This document shows, piece after piece, positions 43,214 through 54,982 of a DNA stretch of 64,000 nucleotides. The notes beneath the pieces are model-generated. The model was not told where the DNA came from. It saw only the letters and a list, made by a program, of their open reading frames with translations, and ran no database searches. Numbering within the stretch: position 1 is the stretch's first letter; every line of letters starts with the position of its first letter. The stretch spans positions 124,001 through 188,000 of the forward strand of contig JAANOX010000068.1 in assembly GCA_020184695.1 (NCBI GenBank), given 5' to 3'. The DNA comes from Histomonas meleagridis 2922-C6/04-290x (lineage: Eukaryota; Protista; Parabasalia). The position numbers and the translations under genes are program-made.

Positions 43214-44865
43214 TTAAATTTGGTTTATGATATTATCTTCTTTAAAATCAACAGCAAATGGGTCTTCTTCGATCTGATTTGTTATTTTTATGGCAAATAT
43301 ATTTTCATTTTCTTGTTCTTTTTTCTTCGCTGCTATTACCTTCATCAAATTCATTTATTCGTTTTTTATTTTTAATATGAATTAATAAAATAATAATTAA
43401 AGATATAAAAATTATTATTACTATTGAGACCCAAACAGCTATAATTATTATGATTTTGTTATTACTTATTTGATTATCATTTGTATGTATAATAGTAAAA
43501 AGATTAGAATAATAACTATAATATGATAAATATATAATAATTGTAAAATCATAATAAAGAAATTCTGTTTGAATATAAATAAATGATGAATCAAAATATG
43601 ATATAGAATATGAATTTGAATATGTTGAATTATAAATTACTATTGTTTGTGTTAATGATAATGTATATATCAAAGTAAATGAAATTGGATATGTTACATT
43701 ACTTGAATAAGTCAATGAAAAAACATTTGATTTAGTAAGTGTGTTTGAATTCGTAAATGTGCATGATTTAGTATATGTGTTTGATTGTGTAAATGTTAGT
43801 GTTGGCATTGGCGGACATCCTTCAATTGTTTCTCCTTTAGTTACATTTAATTCACCAAATTTATCACTTTGATATTCATTTAAAACCATTATATAATCTG
43901 TTTCACAGCCTAAAAAAGCGGTGTCTGCAACAAATAATGGAGCTGTTTGACCATAAAAATAAATACAACTTATGTTTTTACAACCTGAAAATGCATATTC
44001 GCAAATTGTTGTAACTGATTTTGGAATTGTTATATTTTTTATATTAGTACAATAATAAAAGGAATAATTTTCAAGTGAAACCACATTTTCTCCAATTATA
44101 ATATTTGATAATTGATTACATATAAAAAATGCACCAGATCCAATTGATATGACTGAGTTTGGTATAATAATTTCCACTAATGAATAACATCCGACGAATG
44201 CAAGACTTCCAATGGTAATTACAAGATTTGGAATAGTGATATTCGGTAAAAGATAGCAATAATAAAATGAGGCATTCCCTATTACTGTAACTGATTTTGG
44301 TATCTCATAAAATTTTTCAAATTTTCCACCTGGATAAGTTTTTATCATTGACAAATTTTTGTTATAAATAACACCATCATTTTCATGATTAGAATAATAG
44401 GGATTATCTTTAGAAACATTAATGCATTCAATATATACATATTCTCCAATTTTTGAAACAGATTTTGAAATTGTAATGTCATATAATTTTCTACAGTAAG
44501 AAAATGTATGATCAGAGATTGTTGTTACACCTTCTCCAATTTTAACAGTTAGTAAGCCTGTATTATAAAATGCATATTCACCAATTATTTCAACTGAATT
44601 TGAAATTATGATATTGTTCATATTTTGACAAAAATAAAAAGCATAATTTCCAATTATTGTGAATGAATTTCCAATTGTAACTTTTGGAATATTAATAATT
44701 TCATCACTAATAAAATTATTTGCTAAATATTTGTTTTCATCATCAAAATCATTAGATTATCAATAATTAAAGTTCTATTTCCTGCAATATATGTTTGATA
44801 TGTATTTGTAAAAAGTAATATAAAAAATAAAGGAAATAAATATTTTATTATTCTCCAAATATCAT
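43214..44865 (-). pseudogene. BspA-like membrane protein with three frameshifts
   Basis: ORF 43305-44621 (TpLRR, stalk, TM). The signal segment and first repeats lie in shifted frames (about 44860 and 44755). An extra A near 43320 puts EEDPFAVDFKED...QI* (end 43214) out of frame. Confidence 0.8.
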
Positions 44866-45358
44866 AAGTTCAAATTTAAGGATCCAATCGAAATTGTGTA
44901 ATTTGAAAAAAATATAAGTGTGGTGAAAATTTTGATATAAACACTATCCCATTATGATTTTAACATAATTCAACAGCAAATATCGAAAAAAATTCAGGTA
45001 TAATAATATCACACCAATATTTTAAAAATTTAGAAAAATTCAATAAATTTGCGATTTCAAATTTAGATAAAATAAATTACAAAAATATATTTATTAAGGT
45101 ATATAGGAAATTTGGCATCATTTTATTAGGGGTAAATCATTTTTAGTGAATTTTTTTTCTTACAATACTCAACTGAAGTTAAAAGTTATGACATCCTATC
45201 ATAGCAAGCGATTGTTGAAAATATTATTGATCCTAATGATTTAAAAATAATTAAATAAATAAGATCAAAATCATTTACAAATTTCATTAACTAGAAAATA
45301 TTTTCTAAAAAAGTTTTGTTTAAACGAAATCTCAAGCGCAATTCTTTACTTATTAAAT

Positions 45359-48300
45359 CTAAAAACATAACTCTGATATTCCTCTTATGATGTCCAATAT
45401 TTCCTCGTCGTTTATCCGAAACTTCATCAATGTTTCGATGTCATTATCATCTTCATCGCCTTCCAACGCGATGACTTTTTCGAGTAAGTTCGTAAACTTT
45501 TTACATAACTCCATATTTGTTTCCTTCAACAAGAACGAAATCAATGATTTTGATATTTGTTCCTTCACTTTAACAATCGCTTCGATATCAAATTCACAAA
45601 CTTTCGAAAGAAAATCAATGATATTTTCGATTTGTGGATAAGCGTTTGCGTTTTTCATTGAAGCAACCAAAAACGAAAGACATTCGTTCTTAGTGCTTGA
45701 TTTCAAGATCATTTCATGGAAAGTTTCATATCCAAACTTACGAACAAAGTGTAAAATTTCTTCTTGTGAAAAGATGTGAAGTACAATTATAAATGGAGCT
45801 GCTTCATCGAGACTAATTTCTTGTGTCTCTAATAACAACGTGAAATATTGATTCATTGAATGCATACAATGAATGTCTCCTGTCATTTTAGCATAACACA
45901 TCATCCAGAAGAACGATAGAGGCGATTTGTCACTTTTAAGCGTGGATTTGAGTCCTTTTTCATCGGTCAAATTTGTGTACTTATCGTTCTTTGAGGTTTC
46001 ATCGGTGAAGTGTTTGTAAAACATAGAATCTGATTGGAAGCACTTTTTGATCAATTGAAAAGCTTCGTTTTGAACGCTGATTGAATTTAATTGCATCAAA
46101 AACAACGATATGTAAAAGTGATTAAAGTCATTTTTGAGTTGTAATAATGTAGCAATCGATATTTCGATATAATTAGGATATTTAATTATGTTTGAAATTG
46201 CTAATTTTTCAACTTCTTTATCATCGATAATTCCTAAGAATTTTTTGGTGAATAATGTATAAGGTTTGTTTGAATGTAAAGAATTTTCCAAAAATTTTTC
46301 ATTTGATGAATTTTCATGTTTAAATATATTGATGAAAATCTTTAAGATTGTAACGAAATTTTTAGGTTCTCGATAATTATTTATTAAACAAATTTCTTCG
46401 TTATGAATTCGAATGAAATCGAATTTGTTTGAGAAAGAGTTAAAAAACGAAATCAAAAATTTTGAAGAAATTTTATCATCGAAATAAATTCCGTAATTAA
46501 TGAAATATACAATGAAATGATTAAAGAAGTCAATGTTTAAATCGAATTCACTAAATATTAAATATGGAATATAATAAATTGCTTTTTTAGGATATAATTC
46601 CATAAATTTTAGAATCGATTTCGGCTCATTCTTTACTAAATACGTTGGAATTGATATAAGATCTAAAGGCAAATTCGAATTACATAAATAAGGAATTGCG
46701 ATTGAAGAAAACAATTCCGATTTAATATTATTCCAAAAGTTACTTATATTTATATTTTCTTTTATTATTAAATGATATATAACTTTTTTAATATATTTTT
46801 TAGTTTTCATTTTGTTTATTAACTTAGATAAAAATATCGAATAATTTGTTATATCATCAATATCACGAATGAAAGTTAATAAAACTTTTTCCCAGTTATT
46901 AATTTTAATGAAATTATTTTTTATTATTTTAAAGTTCGGACATATTATATTATCTAAAACATTTTCATTTTTAATTTCATTATTAAAATTATTATTCACA
47001 AACTCATTAAACAATAAAATAATAAATGATTGTGATTCCGAATAATTATTCAACATAATTTTTATGATTTCTGATAAAACTTTATCATTAGTAAGAGGAT
47101 AAAACACAAAATTTTTGTTATTTTTATAATATTCCCAAAAAATCGATCGAATTTCTAATATATGTAAAATTGTTTTATCTGTAATCAAAGAAAGTTTTTT
47201 AATTTGATGATTATTCCTATTAAATATTTTATTATCCTTAATTAAAAGCGTTGAATATAAAAACGAATTAAATGATAATGTTGTATACTCATTAAACAAT
47301 TGAGTTTTAATCAAGTTCAAATATTTAAAATCAAATTTAACATAACCTTCATTCGAATTAAATGAGAAATCAACAATATCACGTGTTGATCCTATTTTAT
47401 TTTGGAAGTCATTAATTATAAAAGTTTTATCGAAATATTCTTTTTTAAGATTAACTTTAAAATAATTTAAAACGTTTTCACTTACATTTAATAAATAAAT
47501 TTTCTTAAAAGATGATATTAATTCTGGTAAATAATGGAATACTTCATTTAGATAATCAACATCATATTTACTTCGACCAGAGAAATCAACAACAATCGAA
47601 TTAATGAAATCTTTCGAAAAATGTATTTGTATGAAATGAGACATTATCATTGGTTGAATACTATTTGGTAATTTATGACATATTATTTTATATCTTCGTT
47701 CATTGTTTTTAGCTTTGATTAAATATATAGAATTCGAATTCTTTATCTTTAAGTATTGTGATGGTTGAAATGGATATGCTTCTTTAAATGAATCGATTTG
47801 ATCTATGGGTACATATTGATTATTTTCATTTATGAATTTTAATAATTTATTAAATGTGTCCGAATAATTAATAATTGGATATTGTAAATATATTTGTTGC
47901 TTTGGCTTTTCAAATGTTTTAATGAATTTCGGATTTTGTTTTAATATTTCAATGAATTTAAGTGCTTCGTTATCATTAGAATTCTTATCTACACCATAAA
48001 ATATTGGCTCACTTAAAAATGGAAATAATAAATAATCACAAAAATAATTTATAATATTTTCTTTCCCAATTATATCAAAAAATTTAATTATTTTCTTATC
48101 AAATTTTATTAAATCAATGAAATCATCGACTTTTTTCTTATAAAATTTTGTTTGTAATGAATTAAAATCAAAATAAAATGTGATGAATTTTAGATAAGAA
48201 ATCATAAATGATGAAAAATATGAATAGTTTTCTTTATTTTTTAATATGAATTTTAATAATTCGATTTCTAAATCATAAAATGATACAAAACGAATAATAA

Positions 48301-51046
48301 TATCAAAAGAAGTAATTGTTGTGAATTTATTTGTTAATAAATCATTAAACGAAAACTCTAAATTTAAAATTTTTATAGTAACATTATCATCATTTTTAAT
48401 GATTTTTGTTTGATATATATTAGGATCATATATATTATAAAAAGAATGTATTAAAATTGATTTTAATACATTATCACAATTATTAATTTTAACAAAATAA
48501 GATCCGAAAACATAAACAAAATTATTTCTTAATAATGAATCAATATTATTTTGTATTATATCATTAAATTTATCTTTAAATGTAATTAAAACCAATTCAT
48601 ATACATTTAAAGTAAACATAATATATTTCTTTTTTACTAATTTTATTTGTTTTGATATCGAATTTAATGAATTTAATAAACACATAACAATTTCCTCATT
48701 TTGATTTTTACAATAATAACATAAATTCTCATTTAAAAACTCATATATTAATAATGAATTATGATTTGTAGGGATACCTTCAATATTAAAAAGTTTTTGG
48801 ATATAATTCGAAACAGATATATTTAACTTTAATTCATTCTCATATAAATTCTTTTGTAACTCTTTAACAAATATAAACCCTAAATCTAATTCACGATTTA
48901 TATTATTTTCATCAATTATTACCGCCAAAAAATTAATAATATTTAATAACTTATTAAGAGTAATATCTTTAGAATCTAAAATCGAATATAATTTCTTTAA
49001 ACAAACTGGAATACAAACTTTTGGAATAGTATTAAACAATGGAATTAATTCATTAAATCCTTTGAAATCAATTAATTGAAGGATTTCGAGTATAACTTTT
49101 TCCGGGTTAAAATATTTTAAAAAGATTGAAATGAAAGAAGAATTAATTTTAATGTTATTTAATAATAATGAATAAGGAATTTTTATTATATTATTCATTA
49201 ATTTAAATGTCGGATTATTAATATTACATTTAGTTAATAATTTCGTTAAAGAATTTTCAGTTTTTATTGTTTTTATTCCAATAATTTGATATAATATAAT
49301 TATATCATTTATCATATTATAATTAAATGAAAAATCATTAATTTTATGTATCGAAATAATAAAATATATCCAATGAATAAATATATTAAATATACATAAT
49401 AATTGTTCAAGTATAGTTATCTCACCTTTAACACATAAATTTAATAACATATCTCTATAACTTGCTAAAATAGAATTAACAACATTTTCATATTCATCTT
49501 TATCATATATATTAATTATTCTCCATTGATCGAAAGGCAAAAACAAATTTTGTAAAAACAAAAACAAAATTGCTGGCGTTTGAGTTGAATTATTATTAAT
49601 AAATGAAATAATCATTAACATTATCTTTTTAATATTAGTAATATCATTAAAATCATTAATTAATACTTGGAAACTTAATGGCGTTTCTAATTCGAATTCT
49701 TGGAATTCTACACTCGACATTTTAATATGATTTTCTAAACTTAATTCATACCAAAATAATATAACTGTTGACTCGAAAATTAAATACTTTTCATCTGTTT
49801 TAAATAATGTATTATTTTGTAATGAGTTATATATAATTTCAATTAATCGCGATCCAATAAAATTCGGAATTTGTGATATTTTAAGTTTTATTGGATATCC
49901 TTCAAATAATATTCGACAAGCTTCACAAAACATTACAATTCCATCCGATTCATTTGAATATGAATAATTATTTAATAGTTTCCAATCATTATGATTCACA
50001 AATGAATCAATAATAATAAATGAAGCTTGAACATTCTTATAAACAATGTTCATTTCATTCTTAAATTGTTCCCATGATTTCGTTAATATGGAATCAATAT
50101 ATTTGGGAAACTTGTCGCCCATCATAATTTTGGCAGTACTAAATTCAATAAGTGAAAAATATATTGAACGATAATTCTTTTTATTAGGAATTAAAAGACC
50201 TTTAACAGCCTTTTTGATCTTACTTTCGGAAATACAAAAAAAGACAAATGGTATTAAAAAGGATAACAATGGATATATTTCAATATTTAACTTATCAAAA
50301 TTATTAATGTAATCTAAAACAAGTGGAAATGGTTTGTCAAATTGATGATTATTAAGAATGTCTTGATGAACATATGGATGATTAGATGAAAAACGACGAA
50401 AAATTAAATAAAGATGTATATGGAAATCTTCCCGGATCTTGGTCATGAAATGTAAAATGGTTCGAAGGGATTTGAGAAATGTTAGAAAAGATTCTTTCTC
50501 ATTGATGATATAGAAAAGAATATGAATAAAAAAGGAACTTGAACGAGAATATATTGATAATTGACTTTGAATAAATTCAGTAAAAATACTTACAATGTTA
50601 CAGCCACAATCAACACACTTGGAAATAAGTTGCCCAAATGGATTTATAATGGATGGATATTTTTGATATATCGAAATGAGTGTTGGATGTGTCAAAATTT
50701 GATACAATGGATAACTGACATTCATGCCGTTAGGCTTGTTTGGAACATTTTTTAAAATTAAACAGAGAATATTTAAACATTGCTTATCAAAATTTGTGAT
50801 TTCTTTTCCTTCAAGTTCATTCAATTGAGTTGCAACTAAAAAAAGTAGATGTATAAATGTTTTCTCTGGAGATACTAAACTACATTTAGAAAGCTCTTCT
50901 AAATATGATTTTCCTGGAATGTCAATCCAAATATTTGTTACAAACCATTGATAATTAGTGCTTTTTGGATAACGATCAATGGCATTTTTAAAGTCATCAA
51001 TTATTTCTTTATAAACTTTTCCAGCAACAAATGTTTCAGGTATCAA
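45359..51046 (-). CDS. Neurofibromin/Ira-like large protein (degenerate RasGAP, Sec14-like domain, HEAT-like flanks)
   Basis: YFDFNSLQTK resembles NF1 LFRGNSLASK; IVVDFS...KKIYLLNVS resembles NF1 Sec14 IVVDLT...SAVYIYNC; ISIATLLQL resembles NF1 VAVAVLQL. Confidence 0.55.
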   Translation of the reverse strand: MIPETFVAGKVYKEIIDDFKNAIDRYPKSTNYQWFVTNIWIDIPGKSYLEELSKCSLVSPEKTFIHLLFLVATQLNELEGKEITNFDKQCLNILCLILKNVPNKPNGMNVSYPLYQILTHPTLISIYQKYPSIINPFGQLISKCVDCGCNIVSIFTEFIQSQLSIYSRSSSFFIHILFYIINEKESFLTFLKSLRTILHFMTKIREDFHIHLYLIFRRFSSNHPYVHQDILNNHQFDKPFPLVLDYINNFDKLNIEIYPLLSFLIPFVFFCISESKIKKAVKGLLIPNKKNYRSIYFSLIEFSTAKIMMGDKFPKYIDSILTKSWEQFKNEMNIVYKNVQASFIIIDSFVNHNDWKLLNNYSYSNESDGIVMFCEACRILFEGYPIKLKISQIPNFIGSRLIEIIYNSLQNNTLFKTDEKYLIFESTVILFWYELSLENHIKMSSVEFQEFELETPLSFQVLINDFNDITNIKKIMLMIISFINNNSTQTPAILFLFLQNLFLPFDQWRIINIYDKDEYENVVNSILASYRDMLLNLCVKGEITILEQLLCIFNIFIHWIYFIISIHKINDFSFNYNMINDIIILYQIIGIKTIKTENSLTKLLTKCNINNPTFKLMNNIIKIPYSLLLNNIKINSSFISIFLKYFNPEKVILEILQLIDFKGFNELIPLFNTIPKVCIPVCLKKLYSILDSKDITLNKLLNIINFLAVIIDENNINRELDLGFIFVKELQKNLYENELKLNISVSNYIQKLFNIEGIPTNHNSLLIYEFLNENLCYYCKNQNEEIVMCLLNSLNSISKQIKLVKKKYIMFTLNVYELVLITFKDKFNDIIQNNIDSLLRNNFVYVFGSYFVKINNCDNVLKSILIHSFYNIYDPNIYQTKIIKNDDNVTIKILNLEFSFNDLLTNKFTTITSFDIIIRFVSFYDLEIELLKFILKNKENYSYFSSFMISYLKFITFYFDFNSLQTKFYKKKVDDFIDLIKFDKKIIKFFDIIGKENIINYFCDYLLFPFLSEPIFYGVDKNSNDNEALKFIEILKQNPKFIKTFEKPKQQIYLQYPIINYSDTFNKLLKFINENNQYVPIDQIDSFKEAYPFQPSQYLKIKNSNSIYLIKAKNNERRYKIICHKLPNSIQPMIMSHFIQIHFSKDFINSIVVDFSGRSKYDVDYLNEVFHYLPELISSFKKIYLLNVSENVLNYFKVNLKKEYFDKTFIINDFQNKIGSTRDIVDFSFNSNEGYVKFDFKYLNLIKTQLFNEYTTLSFNSFLYSTLLIKDNKIFNRNNHQIKKLSLITDKTILHILEIRSIFWEYYKNNKNFVFYPLTNDKVLSEIIKIMLNNYSESQSFIILLFNEFVNNNFNNEIKNENVLDNIICPNFKIIKNNFIKINNWEKVLLTFIRDIDDITNYSIFLSKLINKMKTKKYIKKVIYHLIIKENINISNFWNNIKSELFSSIAIPYLCNSNLPLDLISIPTYLVKNEPKSILKFMELYPKKAIYYIPYLIFSEFDLNIDFFNHFIVYFINYGIYFDDKISSKFLISFFNSFSNKFDFIRIHNEEICLINNYREPKNFVTILKIFINIFKHENSSNEKFLENSLHSNKPYTLFTKKFLGIIDDKEVEKLAISNIIKYPNYIEISIATLLQLKNDFNHFYISLFLMQLNSISVQNEAFQLIKKCFQSDSMFYKHFTDETSKNDKYTNLTDEKGLKSTLKSDKSPLSFFWMMCYAKMTGDIHCMHSMNQYFTLLLETQEISLDEAAPFIIVLHIFSQEEILHFVRKFGYETFHEMILKSSTKNECLSFLVASMKNANAYPQIENIIDFLSKVCEFDIEAIVKVKEQISKSLISFLLKETNMELCKKFTNLLEKVIALEGDEDDNDIETLMKFRINDEEILDIIRGISELCF

Positions 51047-51178
51047 GAGTAAGTGTTGCTATAAAGTATTCAATCAAATTCATTAAAAGAACTGCCAAAA
51101 CGATCATATTGATCTCATTTTGACATTCGATACAACCTCTTCGATTGTTTTGTTTGATTGAGCTCATAGAATTTATGA

Positions 51179-52579
51179 ATGCTTTACATATGTGATGTAA
51201 TTTGGGGTGCTTCACTTACCAAAGCACCAATGCAATGGAAAATAGAAATTCGGCTTTCGAAGCTAGAAAACTTAAAACAAACTCAAAAATGCGAATTGTC
51301 GTGCTGTGTATTTAATGAACTTGGGGAATTAGGCCATACAAATTATATGAATCAAAGAAATTTTGATGAGACAATCAAAATTTATTTGCCATTCTTATGT
51401 AAACTTCAATTCGCCCTTATTTCAAAAGCGCCAGATTGTAATTTGGTTTCCAAAACATCATTTGATTTGCAATCAATCAAAGATTTGAATACAAATTTAT
51501 CAACTACTCTTAAATTTGAAGATAAGTTTACGTTAGCGATTTCTATTATTGAATTATCGCTTAGTGAGACAAATGCAGTTGCTAATTTTGAAAATGAAAT
51601 TCCATTATATTTATCAATTTCAGTCTTATCTAGTAGCAAAGCATCAACATCAATTACTCACATCTCTAAAAGAAATTTCATTTCTGAAGTATCTTTTATT
51701 GATTCTAATTTTTTGAAAAATGCCACATTTTCAGAATATCGATATCAAAACTTACACATATCAACCATCTTAATTGATCTACGTAAAGTTATTTTGTCAT
51801 GGCCAACTCTCATTATTGGCATTTTCACAAATTCAAATCTTTTTAAATTTTTGATCCAATCAGAAAAAGGATTAATCAAGTCCGAAAAACTTAACATGCA
51901 AGAAGGACATACATTTTTCATACCCACTATTCTACATCTTCATGAGTCAAATTCGATTCATCTTCATGAAATTAAAAAATCTTTCACAGGCATTACAAAG
52001 GCAAACATTTATAAAGCAGTTCAGAAAATCCTCACAGGCACAGGTTTAAATTCACAAATTATTCCTAATCGATTATCATTTTTTTCAAATCCTGATCTTT
52101 TCACTGATGACTTTTTTATGGAATATCCTGGCACAAGGACTCTTAATGTTTATCTTGATTATGTAAATACCAATGAAGGATTAGATCTAGTTCATGTTCT
52201 TACAAATGCAGATAATAGAAAACACATATGCTACCTCAACCAAAAGCAACTCAAGGGAATTACCCTTAATTTACCCCAAAGTCCAAAAGATAAAACATTT
52301 GCGTCGATTCAATTCGAAGAATTAACCCCAAATGCAAAAACCATAACTATAGTCATAATGTCGCTTTCTAAGCCAATTTCTTCTTTCGGTCACGTTGAGG
52401 TTTACGTAAAAGATGAGTTTAAGCGCGAAGTATTTAGGTTCCCGGTGGACTTCGATGATCAATGTAAAGCATACAAAATCGGTGAATTTCAAAGAAAAAG
52501 TGAGTCTGTCTGGATGTTTAATTTTTTAGGCATTCATACAAATTATGAAACTTACTTTGACTTAAATTATGATAAGTAA
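51179..52579 (+). CDS. Hypothetical protein, possible C2-like N-terminus and TerD-like C-terminus
   Basis: 466-aa ORF; C-terminal KIGEFQRKSESVWMFNFLG resembles the TerD GELYR..GGWKF.A.G motif. Confidence 0.55.
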   Translation: MLYICDVIWGASLTKAPMQWKIEIRLSKLENLKQTQKCELSCCVFNELGELGHTNYMNQRNFDETIKIYLPFLCKLQFALISKAPDCNLVSKTSFDLQSIKDLNTNLSTTLKFEDKFTLAISIIELSLSETNAVANFENEIPLYLSISVLSSSKASTSITHISKRNFISEVSFIDSNFLKNATFSEYRYQNLHISTILIDLRKVILSWPTLIIGIFTNSNLFKFLIQSEKGLIKSEKLNMQEGHTFFIPTILHLHESNSIHLHEIKKSFTGITKANIYKAVQKILTGTGLNSQIIPNRLSFFSNPDLFTDDFFMEYPGTRTLNVYLDYVNTNEGLDLVHVLTNADNRKHICYLNQKQLKGITLNLPQSPKDKTFASIQFEELTPNAKTITIVIMSLSKPISSFGHVEVYVKDEFKREVFRFPVDFDDQCKAYKIGEFQRKSESVWMFNFLGIHTNYETYFDLNYDK

Positions 52580-52725
52580 GAAAGAGGTCATTATGTTTTC
52601 TAATAAATTAACAATATGTTTTGTTTGGAAATTCTTTTCAAAATTGTTTTCCTATGTGGGTGTGCATCACACCTCAAGGGCAAAAAAACGGTTTATTTGC
52701 CATTTTTGCCCATAATTTTCAATTC

Positions 52726-53794
52726 TCAGAAAACTTTTTGATAATAATTTTGTGTAACAACTTTCTCAATCTCATATAAAAAATTATATGGACAAATTTA
52801 AATTGAGTTTTAATTAAATTTTTACTGTAATTGCATCTCCAGCCTCAACCATTTGGATAGAAGTATAACGCTGATAGCATGAAGAAATCCATCTTCCTTG
52901 GGCTTTAATTTTGCAATCAGCAATTCCAGCCAATGATGCTTCATGAGCGGCCCCTTTACGAAAAGAATGTGTTGCATAACTCTCTGGATTCACTCCAATT
53001 TTTTTTTATGCAATTTAAACTTTCTCCTAACTGTTCTATCACATAATGTAAAGACATTCGATTCTTCATTTATATAACTTAATACTTTCCATTTTGGTAA
53101 CCATAGAAAAGGGGAATATATTGTGTTTGAACGACAAATGTACACATTGACTCTCCTCCCTGTTTGATCTGTTTTAAAATAAGGAATGAGTAATACCAAA
53201 CGTCCGTCCTGATCATATGTTATTTCTTTCCACATTAATCTGCACGCCTCAGAAATTCGTCAAAAGCCATAAAAGCACAAACTTTCTATTGTCATAAGTT
53301 CTATTTCATTTTTTACATTTTGATTAGTACTTTTTGCAAGTCTTATCATAAGTCGTATTGTGACATACTTTTTCGCATTTGGAGATGTATCCCCCTTCAT
53401 TATTCTTTTCAAGCCAAGCATGTACGACTTAAAATTATTTGTTTTCGTAAAATCATCTAAGTTATTTTTTCTTAAATAAGATACAACAGCTGAGACGAAT
53501 GATTTAAGGTAGGAATAGGTCGTTTGCGGGTGTTGACTTCTATAGAATTCCAAAAAAGCACGTAATTTATTCTCAGTAATAAGATATGATTCGGGTGCAT
53601 TAGGAATTTGATTCATTGTATTGTCATATGAACGCAACAAAGAATTATATGTTCTTTGTGTGTTTTCAGCAATCCTTTGTTGTTCAACAGATACAGTAGC
53701 TTGAACTAAACTATTAAAATCCATGTGGTAGCTCATGGACCACTGGTTACTTGAAAAAGTTGTTACACAAAATTATTATCAAAAAGTTTTCTGA
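52726..53794 (-). mobile_element. Tyrosine-recombinase cassette bounded by 44-bp inverted repeats
   Basis: 52726-52769 is the reverse complement of 53751-53794 (43/44 identical) and tightly brackets the recombinase ORF. Confidence 0.8.
52814..53736 (-). pseudogene. Phage-integrase-family tyrosine recombinase
   Basis: AENTQRTY (core-binding domain), FYGF*RISE (R), KTDQ (K), YATHSFRKG (HxxR), QGRW (W), YQRYT (Y). In-frame TGA at 53260-53262 and a -1 shift in an A9 run near 53000. Confidence 0.88.
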
Positions 53795-53976
53795 TAATTC
53801 AATTATACCTACAGCTTCGCTCAAAAAGTGTCCGTATAATTTTAATATATGATAATCGTCAATAATTGTCTCCTTTTTTTGATGTCACCTTCCCCTTCAC
53901 CCTTTTTGGGATCTCAAAATTGTCCATCAGATTTTTCTTGAGCCTCTGCACAGTTAATATATAGCTTAATTTATGC

Positions 53977-53980
<4 letters not shown>

Positions 53981-54035
<55 letters not shown>
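53981..54035. repeat. (AT)n microsatellite
   Basis: About 27 AT units. Confidence 0.95.
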
Positions 54036-54036
<1 letters not shown>

Positions 54037-54160
54037 TCAAAAAAAGTATAGATTGTGTCAGTATTTGAAGTGTCGCCTCCTATGTGAAGAACGGCCATTG
54101 TTATGCGGTTTTTTGCGGTTTTATATTGAGAATAAATTTCAGTTTTGGCGCCAAATTCTA

Positions 54161-54730
54161 ATGAACCATAGCACAAGCAAAGAACAGCTTCAACAACAAG
54201 AAAATGATCTGATTGCCCAATCCTCTAACAATATTACATTCGATCCACCACAGATCCCAGGGTATTTTCAAGCTCTTTTTCAAAATCAAAGTTCTGATAA
54301 ACAAACCTATTATACACATGGGTCATGGTCTCAACAAGAAGACGAACTTCTTAAATCAGCCATAGCTCAAGTTGGCACAAAAAAATGGAGCAATGTTGCA
54401 AAATTTATTCCAACAAGAACTTCCAAACAATGCAGAGAAAGATGGTCCAACAGGCTCGACCCTGCACTGAAGCATAGCCCTTATGAACCATGGGAAGATC
54501 AGATTATTATTGAAAAACAAAAAGAATTTGGGAATCGTTGGACAATAATTGCTGAGCTACTCCCGGGAAGGTCTCCAGGCTCTGTCAAAAATAGGTGGTA
54601 TTCTGGACTGAAAGTATCTCGTTCTTCTTATAGGATTTCACAAAACCCGCAAGATGGAATTGTCATAGATTCTTTAACAATGCTTCCGCATGATCAAGGC
54701 AATAGCGTACAAAACAATCCAGAACTTTAA
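54161..54730 (+). CDS. R2R3 Myb transcription factor
   Basis: GSWSQQEDELL...W...RTSKQCRERW and PYEPWEDQII...GNRWTIIAELLPGRSPGSVKNRWY; ATG 54161. Confidence 0.93.
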   Translation: MNHSTSKEQLQQQENDLIAQSSNNITFDPPQIPGYFQALFQNQSSDKQTYYTHGSWSQQEDELLKSAIAQVGTKKWSNVAKFIPTRTSKQCRERWSNRLDPALKHSPYEPWEDQIIIEKQKEFGNRWTIIAELLPGRSPGSVKNRWYSGLKVSRSSYRISQNPQDGIVIDSLTMLPHDQGNSVQNNPEL

Positions 54731-54982
54731 AAAAAGCATTTTCCTTATAAGGAAAAGATGTAATAAAATTGTTGGTTTCTTTTGGAAAGGCCGAAGATCT
54801 TGACTTGGAATTCTTATCGTTCATTATCGCTTGAATAATTCCCAGAAAATGTAATTCAATAAATATCGTTCTCTACCGAAAAACTTCTATCGTCACATTG
54901 AAAATTCTTGAATAAACGGCTAACGTTTGTGTGAATTCAATTGATTAAACGGTTATATTTCAAATATCGCCATTTTGAAAAG

